Below are positions 21,828 to 32,770 of a stretch of DNA of 64,000 bases, in pieces. A program made the position numbers and the translations under genes. The stretch is from contig JANPAR010000004.1 in the NCBI GenBank assembly GCA_031430015.1, positions 20,418 to 84,417 on the forward strand. Direction: 5' to 3'. The notes below the pieces were generated by a model. That model did no database searches. It was not told the origin of the DNA and worked only from the letters and a program-made list of their open reading frames with translations. This DNA comes from Burkholderiales bacterium. GTDB taxonomy: Bacteria > Pseudomonadota > Gammaproteobacteria > Burkholderiales > JAEUOS01. Positions within the stretch are counted from its first letter, which is position 1. Each line of letters starts with the position of its first letter.

Positions 21828-22547
21828 CTATGCGGCGATTGCCTGCTTTTGCTTCGCAATCAAGTCTGCGATACCGTCGTTAGCCAGGTCGAGCAGGGCG
21901 TTCATCTCGACACGGGTGAAGGCCTTGCCCTCGGCGGTGCCCTGCACTTCGACAAAGGCACCGGCACCGGTCATCACGATATTCATGTCGGTGTCGCAAT
22001 TCGAATCTTCCGGGTAGTCGAGGTCCAGCACCGGCACGCCTTCAAAAATACCGACTGATATCGCGGCGACATGGTCGCGCAGCGGGGTGGCGGTGAGCGC
22101 GCCGCGTGCGATCAAGCCGCTGACGGCGTCGTGCACCGCCATCCAGGCACCGGTGATGCTAGCGGTGCGTGTGCCGCCGTCGGCCTGCAATACGTCGCAA
22201 TCGATCTGGATGGTGCGCTCGCCCAACATTTGCATGTCGGTGACGGCGCGCAGCGAGCGGCCGATCAAACGTTGAATCTCCTGCGTACGGCCAGATTGTT
22301 TGCCGCGCGCGGCCTCGCGGTCACTGCGGGTGTGGGTGGAGCGCGGCAGCATGCCGTACTCAGCGGTGAGCCAACCCTGACCTTTGCCTTTCAGGAAACC
22401 CGGTACCTTGTCTTCGACGCTGGCGGTACACAGCACCTTGGTGTCGCCGAAGGCAATCAGCACCGAGCCTTCCGCGTGCTTGGTATAGCCACGTGTGATG
22501 GTGACGGGGCGCAATTGGTTCGACGCGCGCTGGCTGGGGCGTTGCAT
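21828..22547 (-). CDS. rph: Ribonuclease PH
   Basis: [45 protein letters not shown]-terminus and the [15 protein letters not shown] motif. The start is at the internal ATG 22547 (about 239 aa). Confidence 0.95.
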   Translation of the reverse strand: MQRPSQRASNQLRPVTITRGYTKHAEGSVLIAFGDTKVLCTASVEDKVPGFLKGKGQGWLTAEYGMLPRSTHTRSDREAARGKQSGRTQEIQRLIGRSLRAVTDMQMLGERTIQIDCDVLQADGGTRTASITGAWMAVHDAVSGLIARGALTATPLRDHVAAISVGIFEGVPVLDLDYPEDSNCDTDMNIVMTGAGAFVEVQGTAEGKAFTRVEMNALLDLANDGIADLIAKQKQAIAA

Positions 22548-22582
22548 GAGATAGTGTCCTTTCAAATCGAAACCCGCTCCAC

Positions 22583-22614
22583 AAACAAAAAGCCCCGCCG
22601 GAGCGGGGCTTTTT
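22583..22614 (-). terminator. Intrinsic (potentially bidirectional) terminator after OmpA-like paralog 1
   Basis: AAAAAGCCCCGC-CGGA-GCGGGGCTTTTT has an 8-bp GC stem with an A-run on one side and a T-run on the other. It lies 17 nt beyond the stop of the 22631-23314 gene. Confidence 0.75.
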
Positions 22615-22630
22615 GCGAATCGACAATCAA

Positions 22631-23314
22631 TTACTGGGCGCGGGTACCGACCACTTCGATTTCCACGCGACGGTTCTTGGCGCGGCCTTCGGCGGTCTTG
22701 TTGTCCGCGACCGGCTGCTTCTTGCCTTTGCCTTCGGTGTAAATGCGGTTCGGCTCAATGCCCTTGGTTACCAGATAGGCCTTGACAGATTCAGCACGCT
22801 TCACCGACAGCTTCTGGTTGTAAGCATCGCTACCCACGGCGTCGGTATGGCCGACGGCGATGATGACTTCAAGGGTGATGCCCTTGAGCTTGCCAGTGAG
22901 GTCGTCAAGCTTCGCTTTGGCTTCCGGCTTCAGCACGGCTTTGTTGAAGTCGAAGAAGGCGTCAGCAGCGAAGGTCACTTTTTGTGCAGCGACCGCAGGC
23001 TTGGGCGCGGGTTTCGGAGCAGGCTTGGCTGCCGGGGCCGGTGCAGGTGCAGCAGCAGGCGCGGGCGGGGGCGCCGGACGGCAGGCCGCGCCAACGATGT
23101 CTGCATCGCACTCGCAATTGGCGATGGCGGGCGTCCAGTAGCCGGTACGCCAGCACAGGTTGCCGATTCTGGGGTCACCGAAATTGGAATTGCGAACGAT
23201 CACGCCACGCTGGTCCTGCACGTAGCCATCTTTGCTCTGCTGAGCGGAAACGCTCAAGGAAGCGCTGAGGCCGATTGCGGCAAACAGCACACCTAGTTTG
23301 GTCGAGAATTTCAT
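22631..23314 (-). CDS. OmpA-C-like peptidoglycan-binding protein, RmpM-like architecture (paralog 1)
   Basis: Signal peptide [27 protein letters not shown] Cys-containing N-domain ([25 protein letters not shown]), then a Pro/Ala linker. The OmpA_C domain has [36 protein letters not shown] and NRRVEIEV. Confidence 0.85.
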   Translation of the reverse strand: MKFSTKLGVLFAAIGLSASLSVSAQQSKDGYVQDQRGVIVRNSNFGDPRIGNLCWRTGYWTPAIANCECDADIVGAACRPAPPPAPAAAPAPAPAAKPAPKPAPKPAVAAQKVTFAADAFFDFNKAVLKPEAKAKLDDLTGKLKGITLEVIIAVGHTDAVGSDAYNQKLSVKRAESVKAYLVTKGIEPNRIYTEGKGKKQPVADNKTAEGRAKNRRVEIEVVGTRAQ

Positions 23315-23502
23315 TTTTCTCCTCTTTCTGCGAAATGGACTTCAGGTCTTAAAAAAATCGATGATTCCGGTTCACGCTCTTGACTGACCAGCCTATTTTA
23401 GCAACTTGTTGCCCATCACTGTGTGCGGTGGCTAACAGAGCGAGCACCTTGGCGCAAAATTTGGCTAAAAGAGGCGAGTGAATCAAATCCGCTTCTGACC
23501 GG

Positions 23503-24822
23503 CTATTGCAGTCGATTTTGCCACATCAGGGCGAGGGATACCAACTCCTGTTTTTCGATCCAGGTCAGTTGTTGCTTTTTTACCACTTGTTTCCCGCCGA
23601 TCCACACGTCGCTTACGTCATGGCGCCCGGCGACGTAAATCAGGTGCGAGACCGGGTCAAACAAGGGCAGCGATTCGATCTCGCCCAGGTGGACAGCGGC
23701 CAAATCAGCATATTTTCCGGTCACGATGGAGCCAGTTCGGTCGTCCAGCCCGAGTGCGCGCGCCCCCGCCAAGGTGGCGGCATGCAGGGCTGCATGGGCC
23801 GGCACCGCGTCGGCGCGTCCCGAGGCACCCTTGGCGAGCAGGGCGGCGAGGCGCATTTCGGCAAACATGTCGAGTCGGTTGTTGGAGGCGGCGCCGTCGG
23901 TGCCGATTCCCACATTGACGCCAGCGTCCAGCAGCGCTGCGACCGGCGCGATGCCGCTGGCCAGCTTGAGGTTGGAGGTCGGGCAATGCGCCACCGATGC
24001 GCCGTATTTGGCAAGCAGCTTGATGTCCTCGTCTGCAAGGTGTACGGCGTGCACCGCGATCAATTGAGGATTGACCAGCCCGAGGCGATGCAAGCGCGCC
24101 AGTGGCCGCTCCCCCATGCGTCCGAAGGCGTTGGCGGTGTCAACGATCTCGTGCGCAGTCTCGTGAAGATGCACGTGGACCGGCAGACCGAGTTCGGCGG
24201 CATAACCGGCTATGCGACTGAAGGTCGTATCGCTGACCGTGTAGGGCGCGTGTGGCGCCAGACAAAACGACAGCAACTCTTCGTGACGCAACTGGTCGCG
24301 CAGGGCCAAGCCCTTGCTCAGGTAGTCATCAGCATTGGCGGCATACGCGGTCGGAAACTCGATCGCGATCAGGCCGAGTGCCGCGCGCATGCCGGCGCGC
24401 AGGGTGGCCTCGGCGGCTGCTTCCGGGAAAAAGTACATGTCGCTCATGCAGGTAACGCCTCCGCGCATCATTTCGGCGCAGGCGAGAACAGTTCCGCCGC
24501 GCACGAACTCATGAGACACGTGCTTGGCCTCGGCCGGCCAGATGTGTGCGGTCAGCCAAGTCATTAAGGGCAAGTCATCGGCCAGGCCGCGCATCAGTGC
24601 CATCGCTGCATGGGTGTGCAGATTGACGAGGCCAGGAATCAGCGCGTGCTCGCCAAGCGTAACCTGCTCGCGGGCATTGAACCTGGCCGCCGCGGCGTTG
24701 GCAGGCAGGATCGCCACGATCTTGCCGTCGCGCACGGCCACGCTGTGATGGTCGAGCACGGTGCCGGTCGGCTCGACCGGCACCACCCACCGGGCGTCAA
24801 TCAGAAGGTCAATGGCTTCCAT
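23503..24822 (-). CDS. mtaD: TRZ/ATZ-family amidohydrolase, probable 5-methylthioadenosine/S-adenosylhomocysteine deaminase
   Basis: Metal-binding HTHAAMALMRGLADDLPLMTWL..IWP, HLHET, and HC..S..KLASG...GTDGAASNN motifs. Length 439 aa. Confidence 0.75.
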   Translation of the reverse strand: MEAIDLLIDARWVVPVEPTGTVLDHHSVAVRDGKIVAILPANAAAARFNAREQVTLGEHALIPGLVNLHTHAAMALMRGLADDLPLMTWLTAHIWPAEAKHVSHEFVRGGTVLACAEMMRGGVTCMSDMYFFPEAAAEATLRAGMRAALGLIAIEFPTAYAANADDYLSKGLALRDQLRHEELLSFCLAPHAPYTVSDTTFSRIAGYAAELGLPVHVHLHETAHEIVDTANAFGRMGERPLARLHRLGLVNPQLIAVHAVHLADEDIKLLAKYGASVAHCPTSNLKLASGIAPVAALLDAGVNVGIGTDGAASNNRLDMFAEMRLAALLAKGASGRADAVPAHAALHAATLAGARALGLDDRTGSIVTGKYADLAAVHLGEIESLPLFDPVSHLIYVAGRHDVSDVWIGGKQVVKKQQLTWIEKQELVSLALMWQNRLQ

Positions 24823-24856
24823 ATGATTTCTGCTCCCGCAACATTATTCTGGGCTG

Positions 24857-24888
24857 AAAAAAAGCCCCGCATCGGCGGGGCTTTTTTT
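24857..24888 (-). terminator. Intrinsic (potentially bidirectional) terminator after OmpA-like paralog 2
   Basis: AAAAAAAGCCCCGC-ATCG-GCGGGGCTTTTTTT. The stem arms are identical to those of the terminator at 22591-22610. Confidence 0.75.
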
Positions 24889-24900
24889 ACTGTTTGAGCC

Positions 24901-25620
24901 CTATTTTGCCGGCCCCTGCACGTCAATGACGGCACGGCGGTTTGGCGCAAGGCATTCGATCTGCGCCTTGCGCGGCAGCTTGTCGTCGCACGACTTGATG
25001 GGCAAGGTTTTGCCTGCGCCGACAATTTGCGCACCCCCTAGATTTTTCGATCCGAGGTAGGCCGCGACAGCGGCGGCGCGCAGCTCCGACAGACGCTGGT
25101 TGTAATCGGCCGAACCGATGCGGTCGGTGTGACCGGTGACCAGCAGCAGTTTGATGCTGGCGCAGTCTTTCGCCTTGCTGACCACGGCGTCGAGGCGGGA
25201 CTTTGCTGAAGCGCGCAGCATCGATTTGTTGAATTCAAAGGTTTCGTCGGCGCCCAGGGTCTCAACGAAATCACACTTGCGTGGGGCAGCTGCCGGCGCC
25301 GGTTTGGGTGCAACCGGCGTTGCCGACGGCGCACTTGGCGCAGCAGCAGGTTTGACCGGTGGTGGCGCAGCCGGGCGCGGCGCGATGTCGGGGTCGCATT
25401 CAGCGATGGCGAGAGCGGGCGTCCAGTACCCGGTGCGCCAGCACAGATTGCCGATCTTAGGATCACCGAAATTCGCGTTGCGCACAATCACGCCGCGTGC
25501 GTCCTGCACGTAGGCATCCTTGACTGATTGGGCGCTCGATACTGTAGCGACTGCTGCAGCGATCACGCCAAACAGGTGCAAGAACGACAAGCGGATCAAC
25601 AGTGGGCGGCAGGTGGGCAT
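24901..25620 (-). CDS. OmpA-C-like peptidoglycan-binding protein, RmpM-like architecture (paralog 2)
   Basis: Signal peptide, the same N-domain ([25 protein letters not shown]) and a Pro/Ala linker. The OmpA_C-like domain (FEFNKSML, GHTDRIGSADYNQRLSELRAAAV, NRRAVIDV) has extra Cys residues. Confidence 0.8.
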   Translation of the reverse strand: MPTCRPLLIRLSFLHLFGVIAAAVATVSSAQSVKDAYVQDARGVIVRNANFGDPKIGNLCWRTGYWTPALAIAECDPDIAPRPAAPPPVKPAAAPSAPSATPVAPKPAPAAAPRKCDFVETLGADETFEFNKSMLRASAKSRLDAVVSKAKDCASIKLLLVTGHTDRIGSADYNQRLSELRAAAVAAYLGSKNLGGAQIVGAGKTLPIKSCDDKLPRKAQIECLAPNRRAVIDVQGPAK

Positions 25621-25822
25621 GCGTCTTCTCCAAGACAGTGAATGGGTATTTTTTGTGTGAAAGATTAGAACACAAACGGGACTGAGAGGGCATGAAGGAT
25701 AAGGGGCCGCATGTTAAAATTTCAGACTGCAAAAACAATTTCAAAACGCAGTCCCAACAGTGCCGGATGTGCGTCACCTGCCGTGTTTCAGAGTGCGGCG
25801 AGGTGAACTCATGGCGCGCCTG

Positions 25823-25852
25823 CCGTACCACTCCGTACCACTCCGTTCCATC
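25823..25852. repeat. 10-bp tandem repeat x3 upstream of gyrA
   Basis: CCGTACCACT / CCGTACCACT / CCGTTCCATC, ending 34 nt before the gyrA GTG. Confidence 0.85.
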
Positions 25853-25885
25853 CTGTTGCAGACATAACAACTAGCCCGCCCGCCC

Positions 25886-28597
25886 GTGACCCTGCCAGCC
25901 GACTCTTTCGCCCGCGAAACCCTGCCGATCAGCCTCGAAGAGGAGATGCGCCGCTCGTACCTCGATTACGCGATGAGCGTGATCGTGGGCAGGGCATTGC
26001 CCGATGTGCGTGATGGCTTGAAGCCAGTGCATCGCCGCGTGTTGTTCGCGATGCACGAGCTCAATAATGACTGGAACCGGGCCTACAAGAAATCGGCGCG
26101 TATCGTCGGCGACGTGATCGGCAAATACCACCCGCACGGCGACACCGCGGTGTACGACACCATCGTGCGCATGGCGCAGCATTTCTCGCTGCGCTACATG
26201 CTGGTCGATGGTCAGGGCAACTTCGGCTCGGTTGACGGCGACAATCCGGCAGCGATGCGTTACACCGAAATCCGCATGTCGAAAATCGGCCACGAATTGC
26301 TCGCCGACATCGATAAAGAAACAGTCGATTTTGGCCCCAACTACGACGGCAGCGAGAGAGAGCCGCTGATCCTGCCGAGCCGCATTCCCAATCTGCTCAT
26401 CAACGGCAGCTCGGGCATCGCGGTCGGCATGGCAACCAATATTCCGCCACACAATTTGACCGATGTGGTCGATGCCTGCCTGTTGTTGCTCAAGCGCCCG
26501 GCGACCACGATTGACGAGTTGATTGAAGTCGTCAAGGCACCCGACTTCCCCACTGCCGGCATCATCTATGGTGTGGGCGGTGTGCGCGAGGGCTACCGCA
26601 CCGGCCGTGGCCGCGTGATCATGCGCGCCAAGGTGCATTTCGAAGACATCGGCAAGGGTGCCAACGCCGGCGATCGCCAGGCCATCGTGGTCGATGAGCT
26701 GCCGTATCAGGTCAACAAAAAGACCTTGCAGGAAAAACTCGCCGACCTCGTCAACGAGAAGAAAATCGAGGGCATCACGCACATCCAGGATGAGTCCGAC
26801 AAGGACGGCATGCGCCTCGTGATCGAGCTGCGCCGCGGCGAAATGCCCGAGGTGGTGCTCAACAATCTGTACAAACAGACGCAACTGCAAGACACCTTCG
26901 GCATGAACATGGTGGCGCTGGTCGATGGTCAGCCGCGCCTGCTTAACCTGTGGCAGATGCTCGACCAGTTTTTGCAGCACCGCCGCGAGGTTGTCACGCG
27001 GCGTAACGTGTTCGAGTTGCGCAAGGCGCGCGAGCGCGGACATGTTCTCGAAGGCCTCGCCGTGGCGCTCGCCAACATCGACGAATTCATCGCCATCATC
27101 AAGGCTGCACCGACGCCGCCGGTGGCCAAAGACGAGTTGATGAAACGGCCGTGGAATTCGCCGGTGGTGGCCGAGATGCTCGCGCGTTCTGCGTCGGATG
27201 CATCACGCCCCGAAGGTATTCTCGAAGCCTACGGCATGCACGAGCAAGGTTACATGCTCTCTGACGTGCAAGCCGGCGAAATTTTGCAGATGCGCTTGCA
27301 GCGCCTCACCGGTCTTGAGCAAGACAAGATCGTCGGCGAGTACAAAGAGGTAATGGCGGTCATCGCCGATCTGCTCGACATTCTCTCCAAGCCCGAGCGC
27401 ATCACCGCCATCATTTCGGGTGAATTGGAGAAAGTGAAAGACGAATTCGGCGACGCACGCCGCTCGGCCATCGAAATGAACGCCGAAGACATCAACATGG
27501 AAGACCTCATCACCCCGCAGGACATGGTGGTGACGATGTCGCACATGGGTTACATCAAGTCGCAGCCGCTCGCCGAATACCGTGCGCAAAAGCGTGGCGG
27601 ACGCGGCAAACAGGCGGCAGCGACCAAAGAAGACGACTGGATCGATCAGCTCTTCGTCGCCAACACGCACGACACGATTTTGTGTTTCTCCAATCGTGGC
27701 CGCATGTACTGGCTCAAGGTTTACGAAGTGCCGCAGGGGGTGCGTACTGGTCGCGGTCGGCCGCTGGTCAATGTGTTTCCGTTGGCCGAGAATGAAAAAA
27801 TCAACGTCGTGCTGGCGATCAAGGCCTACGCAGAAGACCGCTTCGTGTTTATGGGGACCAAGCTTGGCACCGTCAAAAAGACCCCGCTCACCGATTTCTC
27901 CAACCCGCGCAAGGCCGGCATCATTGCGGTCGATCTCGATCCGGGCGATTTTCTGATCGGCGCGGCGCTCACCGACGGCAAGCACGATGTGATGTTGTTC
28001 TCCGACGCCGGCAAGGCGGTGCGCTTTGACGAGAACGATGTGCGCCCGATGGGCCGTCAGGCGCGCGGCGTGCGCGGCATGATGCTCGACGATGGCCAGG
28101 AAGTCATTGCCATGCTGGTCGCGCCGGCTTTGACCCATGCAGAGGGAAATAATGTTGCCACCACGCAGAGCGTGCTCACCGCGACAGAGAATGGCTTCGG
28201 TAAGCGCTCGCCGATCGCCGAATACACGCGTCACGGCCGCGGCACCAAAGGCATGATCGCGATCCAAACCTCGGAGCGCAACGGAAAGGTGGTCGCTGCC
28301 ACGCTGGTCGCGCCCGAAGACGAATTGATGCTCATCACCACCGGCGGCGTGCTGATTCGCACCCGGGTGGCCGAAGTGCGTGAGATGGGGCGTGCGACGC
28401 AAGGCGTGACGCTGATCTCGGTCGATGACGGCACCAAGCTCTCGGGATTGCAGCGCGTGGTTGAGAGCGATGCCGATGCCAACGGGAACGGTGGTGAGCA
28501 TGGCAATGGTGGCGCGGCCCCGAGTGCGACCGCCGAAGGCGGCAGCACCGAAAATAGCCATGGCGATACTCCGGAGAGCGGCCCCCAGAGCGCCTAA
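25886..28597 (+). CDS. gyrA: DNA gyrase subunit A
   Basis: [39 protein letters not shown], a QRDR-type segment [25 protein letters not shown]-terminal beta-pinwheel repeats and an acidic Gly/Asn-rich tail. GTG start. Confidence 0.95.
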   Translation: MTLPADSFARETLPISLEEEMRRSYLDYAMSVIVGRALPDVRDGLKPVHRRVLFAMHELNNDWNRAYKKSARIVGDVIGKYHPHGDTAVYDTIVRMAQHFSLRYMLVDGQGNFGSVDGDNPAAMRYTEIRMSKIGHELLADIDKETVDFGPNYDGSEREPLILPSRIPNLLINGSSGIAVGMATNIPPHNLTDVVDACLLLLKRPATTIDELIEVVKAPDFPTAGIIYGVGGVREGYRTGRGRVIMRAKVHFEDIGKGANAGDRQAIVVDELPYQVNKKTLQEKLADLVNEKKIEGITHIQDESDKDGMRLVIELRRGEMPEVVLNNLYKQTQLQDTFGMNMVALVDGQPRLLNLWQMLDQFLQHRREVVTRRNVFELRKARERGHVLEGLAVALANIDEFIAIIKAAPTPPVAKDELMKRPWNSPVVAEMLARSASDASRPEGILEAYGMHEQGYMLSDVQAGEILQMRLQRLTGLEQDKIVGEYKEVMAVIADLLDILSKPERITAIISGELEKVKDEFGDARRSAIEMNAEDINMEDLITPQDMVVTMSHMGYIKSQPLAEYRAQKRGGRGKQAAATKEDDWIDQLFVANTHDTILCFSNRGRMYWLKVYEVPQGVRTGRGRPLVNVFPLAENEKINVVLAIKAYAEDRFVFMGTKLGTVKKTPLTDFSNPRKAGIIAVDLDPGDFLIGAALTDGKHDVMLFSDAGKAVRFDENDVRPMGRQARGVRGMMLDDGQEVIAMLVAPALTHAEGNNVATTQSVLTATENGFGKRSPIAEYTRHGRGTKGMIAIQTSERNGKVVAATLVAPEDELMLITTGGVLIRTRVAEVREMGRATQGVTLISVDDGTKLSGLQRVVESDADANGNGGEHGNGGAAPSATAEGGSTENSHGDTPESGPQSA

Positions 28598-28688
28598 GCG
28601 CCGCATGGGTCTTGAAGACTGGCTCCCACCAATGCTTGCCGACAAATGCCGATTTGGGGCCAGTGCACCAAGAGCGAAAAGCCGCTTG

Positions 28689-29270
28689 ATGCTTTTCTGT
28701 GCGGCGCTGCTTGCCGCGATCCTGGCCGCCATGCCGCCGCTGAGCGCGCGCGCGCAAAGCCCCGCTGCAGTGCAAGCCGATCCGCACAAAGAAGCGGCGG
28801 TGAAAGAGCTTCTCAGCGCTCTCAATTTTTCGCGCATGATGCGTGACGCCACTGAAGCCATGAAGGGGCTTCTCGGCGCGCAACTGCCGCAGATGGCGGA
28901 CTACGTGATCGCCGCGGACCAGCGGGTACCGCAGGAGCAAAAGGCCAAGCTGCGCGCGCAGGTGCAGGGGCAGATGAAGTCGATGACGCCGCGGCTGGAG
29001 AGCCAGCTCTCGGAGATGCTCAACAACAAAGAGTATCTGGCCGACAACGAGGCGGCGATGACGGCGTTTTATCTGAACAATTTCACGCTTGCAGAGATCA
29101 GGGAGTTGACTGCATTTCACCGCACCCCGACTGGTCAAAAGGCCTCGCGCCTCACACCGCAGGCCATGAACGAAGTCATGAAGACGGTCATGCCCAAATG
29201 GTCACCGCGCTGGCAGCAGCAGATGGTCAGTTTTGTGCAGGCCGAGATCGCTCAAATGCAGCCCAAGTAA
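28689..29270 (+). CDS. Periplasmic DUF2059-family protein
   Basis: Signal peptide MLFCAALLAAILAAMPPLSARA at the internal ATG. The track ORF start overlaps gyrA and is rejected. The motif FTLAEIRELTAFHRTPTGQK resembles DUF2059. Alternative starts are 28605 and 28632. Confidence 0.68.
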   Translation: MLFCAALLAAILAAMPPLSARAQSPAAVQADPHKEAAVKELLSALNFSRMMRDATEAMKGLLGAQLPQMADYVIAADQRVPQEQKAKLRAQVQGQMKSMTPRLESQLSEMLNNKEYLADNEAAMTAFYLNNFTLAEIRELTAFHRTPTGQKASRLTPQAMNEVMKTVMPKWSPRWQQQMVSFVQAEIAQMQPK

Positions 29271-29321
29271 GCGCAGCGCTTCCTACCTCACTGTTTCCAA
29301 CCTAGGCAATTCCCATTCATC

Positions 29322-30419
29322 GTGACGCGCGTATTCAATTTTTCCGCTGGTCCCGCAGCTTTGCCCGAACCGGTGCTTCAGCAAGCCGCCGCTGAAATGC
29401 TCGACTGGAACGGCGCGGGCATGGGTGTGATGGAAATGAGCCATCGCGGGCCGGAGTTCATGGCGATTCACGCCGACGCTATGGCGTTGTTGCGTGAATT
29501 GTTGGCTGTGCCCGCAAACTACAAAGTGCTATTCATGCAGGGCGGCGGCCTGGGCGAGAACGCCATCGTGCCCCTCAACCTGCTCGGTAAAAACAACAAG
29601 GCCGACTTCGCCGTCACTGGCTCGTGGTCGAAAAAATCCTTCAAGGAAGCGCAGCGTTACGGCGACATTCATCTTGCCATCGACGCCTCCACGAAGGGCT
29701 TGTACCAAGGCTTTGCGCCGGTTACAGAGTGGAAGTTGCGCAAAGATGCCGCCTACGTTCACGTGTGCACCAACGAAACCATCGACGGCGTTGAATTCTT
29801 TACGCCGCCCGATACCTGCGCGGTACCTCTGGTGGCCGATGCGTCATCGCACATTCTGTCGCGCCCGATGGACGTGTCGCAATACGGCGTGCTGTTCGGC
29901 GGCGCGCAAAAAAACATCGGCCCGGCTGGCCTCACCATCGTCATCATTCGTGACGACTTGCTTGACCAGGCGCACGCGCTGTGTCCGAGCACGTTCAACT
30001 ACAAAATCGTGGCTGAGCACGACTCCATGTACAACACGCCGCCGACCTACGCAATCTACATTGCCGGTCTTGTCTTTAAATGGCTCAAAGCGCAGGGCGG
30101 CTTGGCAGGCATGGAAGTGCAGAACAAAGCCAAGGCGCAGTGTCTATATGACTTCATCGACGCCAGCAGCCTGTACGAAAACCGGGTCGAGAAATCCCGC
30201 CGCTCGCGCATGAACGTGCCGTTTTTCCTTAAAGACGAATCGCTTAACGCGGCCTTTCTCACCAGCGCGAAAACGCGTGGCCTGGTACAACTCAAGGGCC
30301 ACCGCAGCGTCGGCGGCATGCGCGCTTCTATCTACAACGCCATGCCGCTGGCAGGCGTGCAGGCCTTGACGGGTTACATGGCCGAGTTTGAAAAGGCCGG
30401 CGGGAGGATTGCTGCATGA
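29322..30419 (+). CDS. serC: Phosphoserine aminotransferase
   Basis: [41 protein letters not shown]-terminus, a PLP-lysine region ([13 protein letters not shown]) and [12 protein letters not shown] near the C-terminus. Confidence 0.95.
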   Translation: MTRVFNFSAGPAALPEPVLQQAAAEMLDWNGAGMGVMEMSHRGPEFMAIHADAMALLRELLAVPANYKVLFMQGGGLGENAIVPLNLLGKNNKADFAVTGSWSKKSFKEAQRYGDIHLAIDASTKGLYQGFAPVTEWKLRKDAAYVHVCTNETIDGVEFFTPPDTCAVPLVADASSHILSRPMDVSQYGVLFGGAQKNIGPAGLTIVIIRDDLLDQAHALCPSTFNYKIVAEHDSMYNTPPTYAIYIAGLVFKWLKAQGGLAGMEVQNKAKAQCLYDFIDASSLYENRVEKSRRSRMNVPFFLKDESLNAAFLTSAKTRGLVQLKGHRSVGGMRASIYNAMPLAGVQALTGYMAEFEKAGGRIAA

Positions 30420-31549
30420 GTGATCTAAACAAACTGCGCCGCGAAATCGATCGCCTTGACGATGAGCTATTGAAGCTGCTCAACGCGCGCGCGGAAGTCT
30501 CCAAGCAGATCGGCGCGGCCAAACGTGCAGAGAGTACCGAGGATGCCCAGGGTTCCAACGGTGTCGAGGGTAAGAGTGGCCGTGCGCCAGTGGTGTTCCG
30601 CCCCGAGCGCGAAGCCCACGTGCTGCGCCGCTTGCAAGACGCTAACCCCGGCCCGTTGCCCAACGCCGCAGTCAGCCGCATTTATCACGAGATCATGTCG
30701 GCGAGCTCGGCGCTGCAGCGCCCGATTCGCGTCGCCTACCTCGGCCCGGCCGGCACCTTCAGCGAACAGGCTGTCATCAAGCAGTTTGGCCGCTCGGCAG
30801 TTGCCGTCGCGTGCGCCAATTTTGACGAAGTGTTTCGCCGCACCGAGACCGGTGAGACCGATTTTTCGGTAGTACCGGTCGAGAATTCGACCGAGGGCGC
30901 GATCTCGCGGGCGCTCGATTTGTTGCTCACCACACCACTCAAGATTTGCTCTGAAGTGGTAGTGCGCGTGCAGCAAAACCTGATGCGCAAGCGTGAGGGC
31001 ATGGACGCCATCACCAAGGTCTACTCGCACGCGCAGTCGCTCGCACAAACGCAGGGCTGGCTCAATCGCAATTTGCCGGGCGTGGATCGCGTCACGGTCG
31101 AGTCCAACGCCGAAGCCGCGCGCCTCGCCAGCCTCGACACCGGCACGGCAGCCATCGCCGGCCTCAACGCCGCTGAGAACTACGGCCTCACCGTGCTCGC
31201 ACCCAACATCGAAGACGACCCGACCAACCGCACGCGCTTCATCGTCGCCGGTCAGATTGACGCGCAGCGCAGTGGCCGCGACCGCACCTGGCTGGTCATG
31301 TCGGCACCCAATAAGCCCGGCGCGGTGCACGCGCTGCTCACGCCCTTCGCCAAACACGGTGTGTCGATGACCAAACTCGAATCGCGCCCCGCGCGCATCG
31401 CCTCGATGCCCGGCTCGTGGGAATACCTGTTCTATGTCGATATCGAAGGCCATCAGCAAGACACGGTGGTGGCCAAGGCGCTCGATGAATTGAAGTCGAT
31501 TGCGCCCTATCTCAAGATTTTTGGCTCCTTCCCGGTTGGCGACTACTGA
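30416..31549 (+). CDS. pheA: Bifunctional chorismate mutase / prephenate dehydratase (P-protein)
   Basis: The CM domain ([20 protein letters not shown]) carries an insertion. The PDT domain has [12 protein letters not shown] and [10 protein letters not shown]. An ACT domain has the ESRP motif. ATGA overlap with serC. Confidence 0.93.
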   Translation: MSDLNKLRREIDRLDDELLKLLNARAEVSKQIGAAKRAESTEDAQGSNGVEGKSGRAPVVFRPEREAHVLRRLQDANPGPLPNAAVSRIYHEIMSASSALQRPIRVAYLGPAGTFSEQAVIKQFGRSAVAVACANFDEVFRRTETGETDFSVVPVENSTEGAISRALDLLLTTPLKICSEVVVRVQQNLMRKREGMDAITKVYSHAQSLAQTQGWLNRNLPGVDRVTVESNAEAARLASLDTGTAAIAGLNAAENYGLTVLAPNIEDDPTNRTRFIVAGQIDAQRSGRDRTWLVMSAPNKPGAVHALLTPFAKHGVSMTKLESRPARIASMPGSWEYLFYVDIEGHQQDTVVAKALDELKSIAPYLKIFGSFPVGDY

Positions 31550-31643
31550 TCGCACCCGACCGCTTGCGGTCAGCGTCTTCCCGCGCCGCGCTCCAATCTT
31601 CAGTTTCATTCCCGAGTTTCATTTTCTTGCCACGCCCATCGTC

Positions 31644-32768
31644 ATGAACTACACCGACCTCGCCCCCGCCTACGTGCGCGCCATCGCCCCTTACCAGCCC
31701 GGCAAGCCGATCTCTGAAGTCGCGCGCGAGTTGGGCCTGGCCGAGAAAGACATCATCAAGCTCGCGTCGAACGAAAACCCGCTCGGCTGCGGCGAGAAAG
31801 CCAAGGCGGCGATGCGCAAGGCTATCGAAGAAGCGCATCTCTACCCCGACGGCAGCGGCTATGAACTGAAAGCCGCGCTCGCCAAAAAATGGGGCGTTTC
31901 GATGGAGTCCATCGTCATCGGCAACGGCTCCAATGATCTGCTCGACTACATCGCGATGGCCTATCTCGCGCCCGGCGCATCGGCGGTGTATGCGCAACAC
32001 TGCTTCGCGGTCTACCCGATCACCGTGCTCGCGCGCGGCGCCACCGGCATCAAGGTGCCGGCCAAGGCCTATGGCAACGACCTTGACGCGATGCGCGCCG
32101 CCATCAAGCCCGACACGCGAGTCTTGTTCCTCGCCAACCCCAACAACCCGACCGGCACCTTCACGCCTTACCCCGAGATTCACGCCTTCCTGAAAAAGGT
32201 GCCGGCCAACGTCATCGTCGTACTCGACGAGGCCTACAACGAATTTTTGCCGCACGAGTTGCGCGTCAACACGACGGAGTGGTTGAAAGAATTTCCCAAC
32301 CTCGTCCTCACGCGCACCTTCTGCAAGATCTACGGCTTGGCCGGTCTGCGCTGCGGCTACATGCTCGGCCACCCGCAGGTGTGCGACATGGTCAATCGCG
32401 TGCGTGCGCCGTTCAACGTCAACTCGATTGCACAAGCCGCCGCGCTCGCTGCGCTCGGTGACGACGAGTTCGTCACCCGCACCTATGACAACAACCGTGC
32501 CGGCATGGCGCAATTGATCGCCGGCTGCGCGGAACAAAAGCTCGACTTCATTCCGTCCTTCGGCAACTTCATCACCATTGACGTGGGCAATGGCCCGGCC
32601 GTGTTCAACGCGCTGCTCAAACGCGGCGTGATCGTGCGGCCCATCGTCGGCTACGAATTGCCCAAGCACATTCGCGTCACCATCGGCTTAGCCGAGGAGA
32701 ATGCGCGCTTCCTGAGTGCACTCAAGGAGGCCCTCGCCGAAGTCGCACAGGCTTCGATGAAGGACTGA
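31644..32768 (+). CDS. hisC: Histidinol-phosphate/aromatic aminotransferase
   Basis: MNYTDLAPAYVRAIAPYQPGKPI N-terminus at the internal ATG. KLASNENPLG, NPNNPTG and TFCKIYGLAGLRCGY (PLP Lys) are present. It lies in the serC-pheA-hisC-tyrA-aroA context. Confidence 0.9.
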   Translation: MNYTDLAPAYVRAIAPYQPGKPISEVARELGLAEKDIIKLASNENPLGCGEKAKAAMRKAIEEAHLYPDGSGYELKAALAKKWGVSMESIVIGNGSNDLLDYIAMAYLAPGASAVYAQHCFAVYPITVLARGATGIKVPAKAYGNDLDAMRAAIKPDTRVLFLANPNNPTGTFTPYPEIHAFLKKVPANVIVVLDEAYNEFLPHELRVNTTEWLKEFPNLVLTRTFCKIYGLAGLRCGYMLGHPQVCDMVNRVRAPFNVNSIAQAAALAALGDDEFVTRTYDNNRAGMAQLIAGCAEQKLDFIPSFGNFITIDVGNGPAVFNALLKRGVIVRPIVGYELPKHIRVTIGLAEENARFLSALKEALAEVAQASMKD

Positions 32769-32770
32769 TC

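Noticed and set aside
25692-25874. 60-aa Cys-rich ORF (MKDKGPHVKISDCKNNFKTQSQQCRMC...) in the ompA2/gyrA spacer.
   Set aside because: It has no RBS and atypical AT-rich codon usage for this genome, and it overlaps the promoter and repeat region. It is most likely non-coding.
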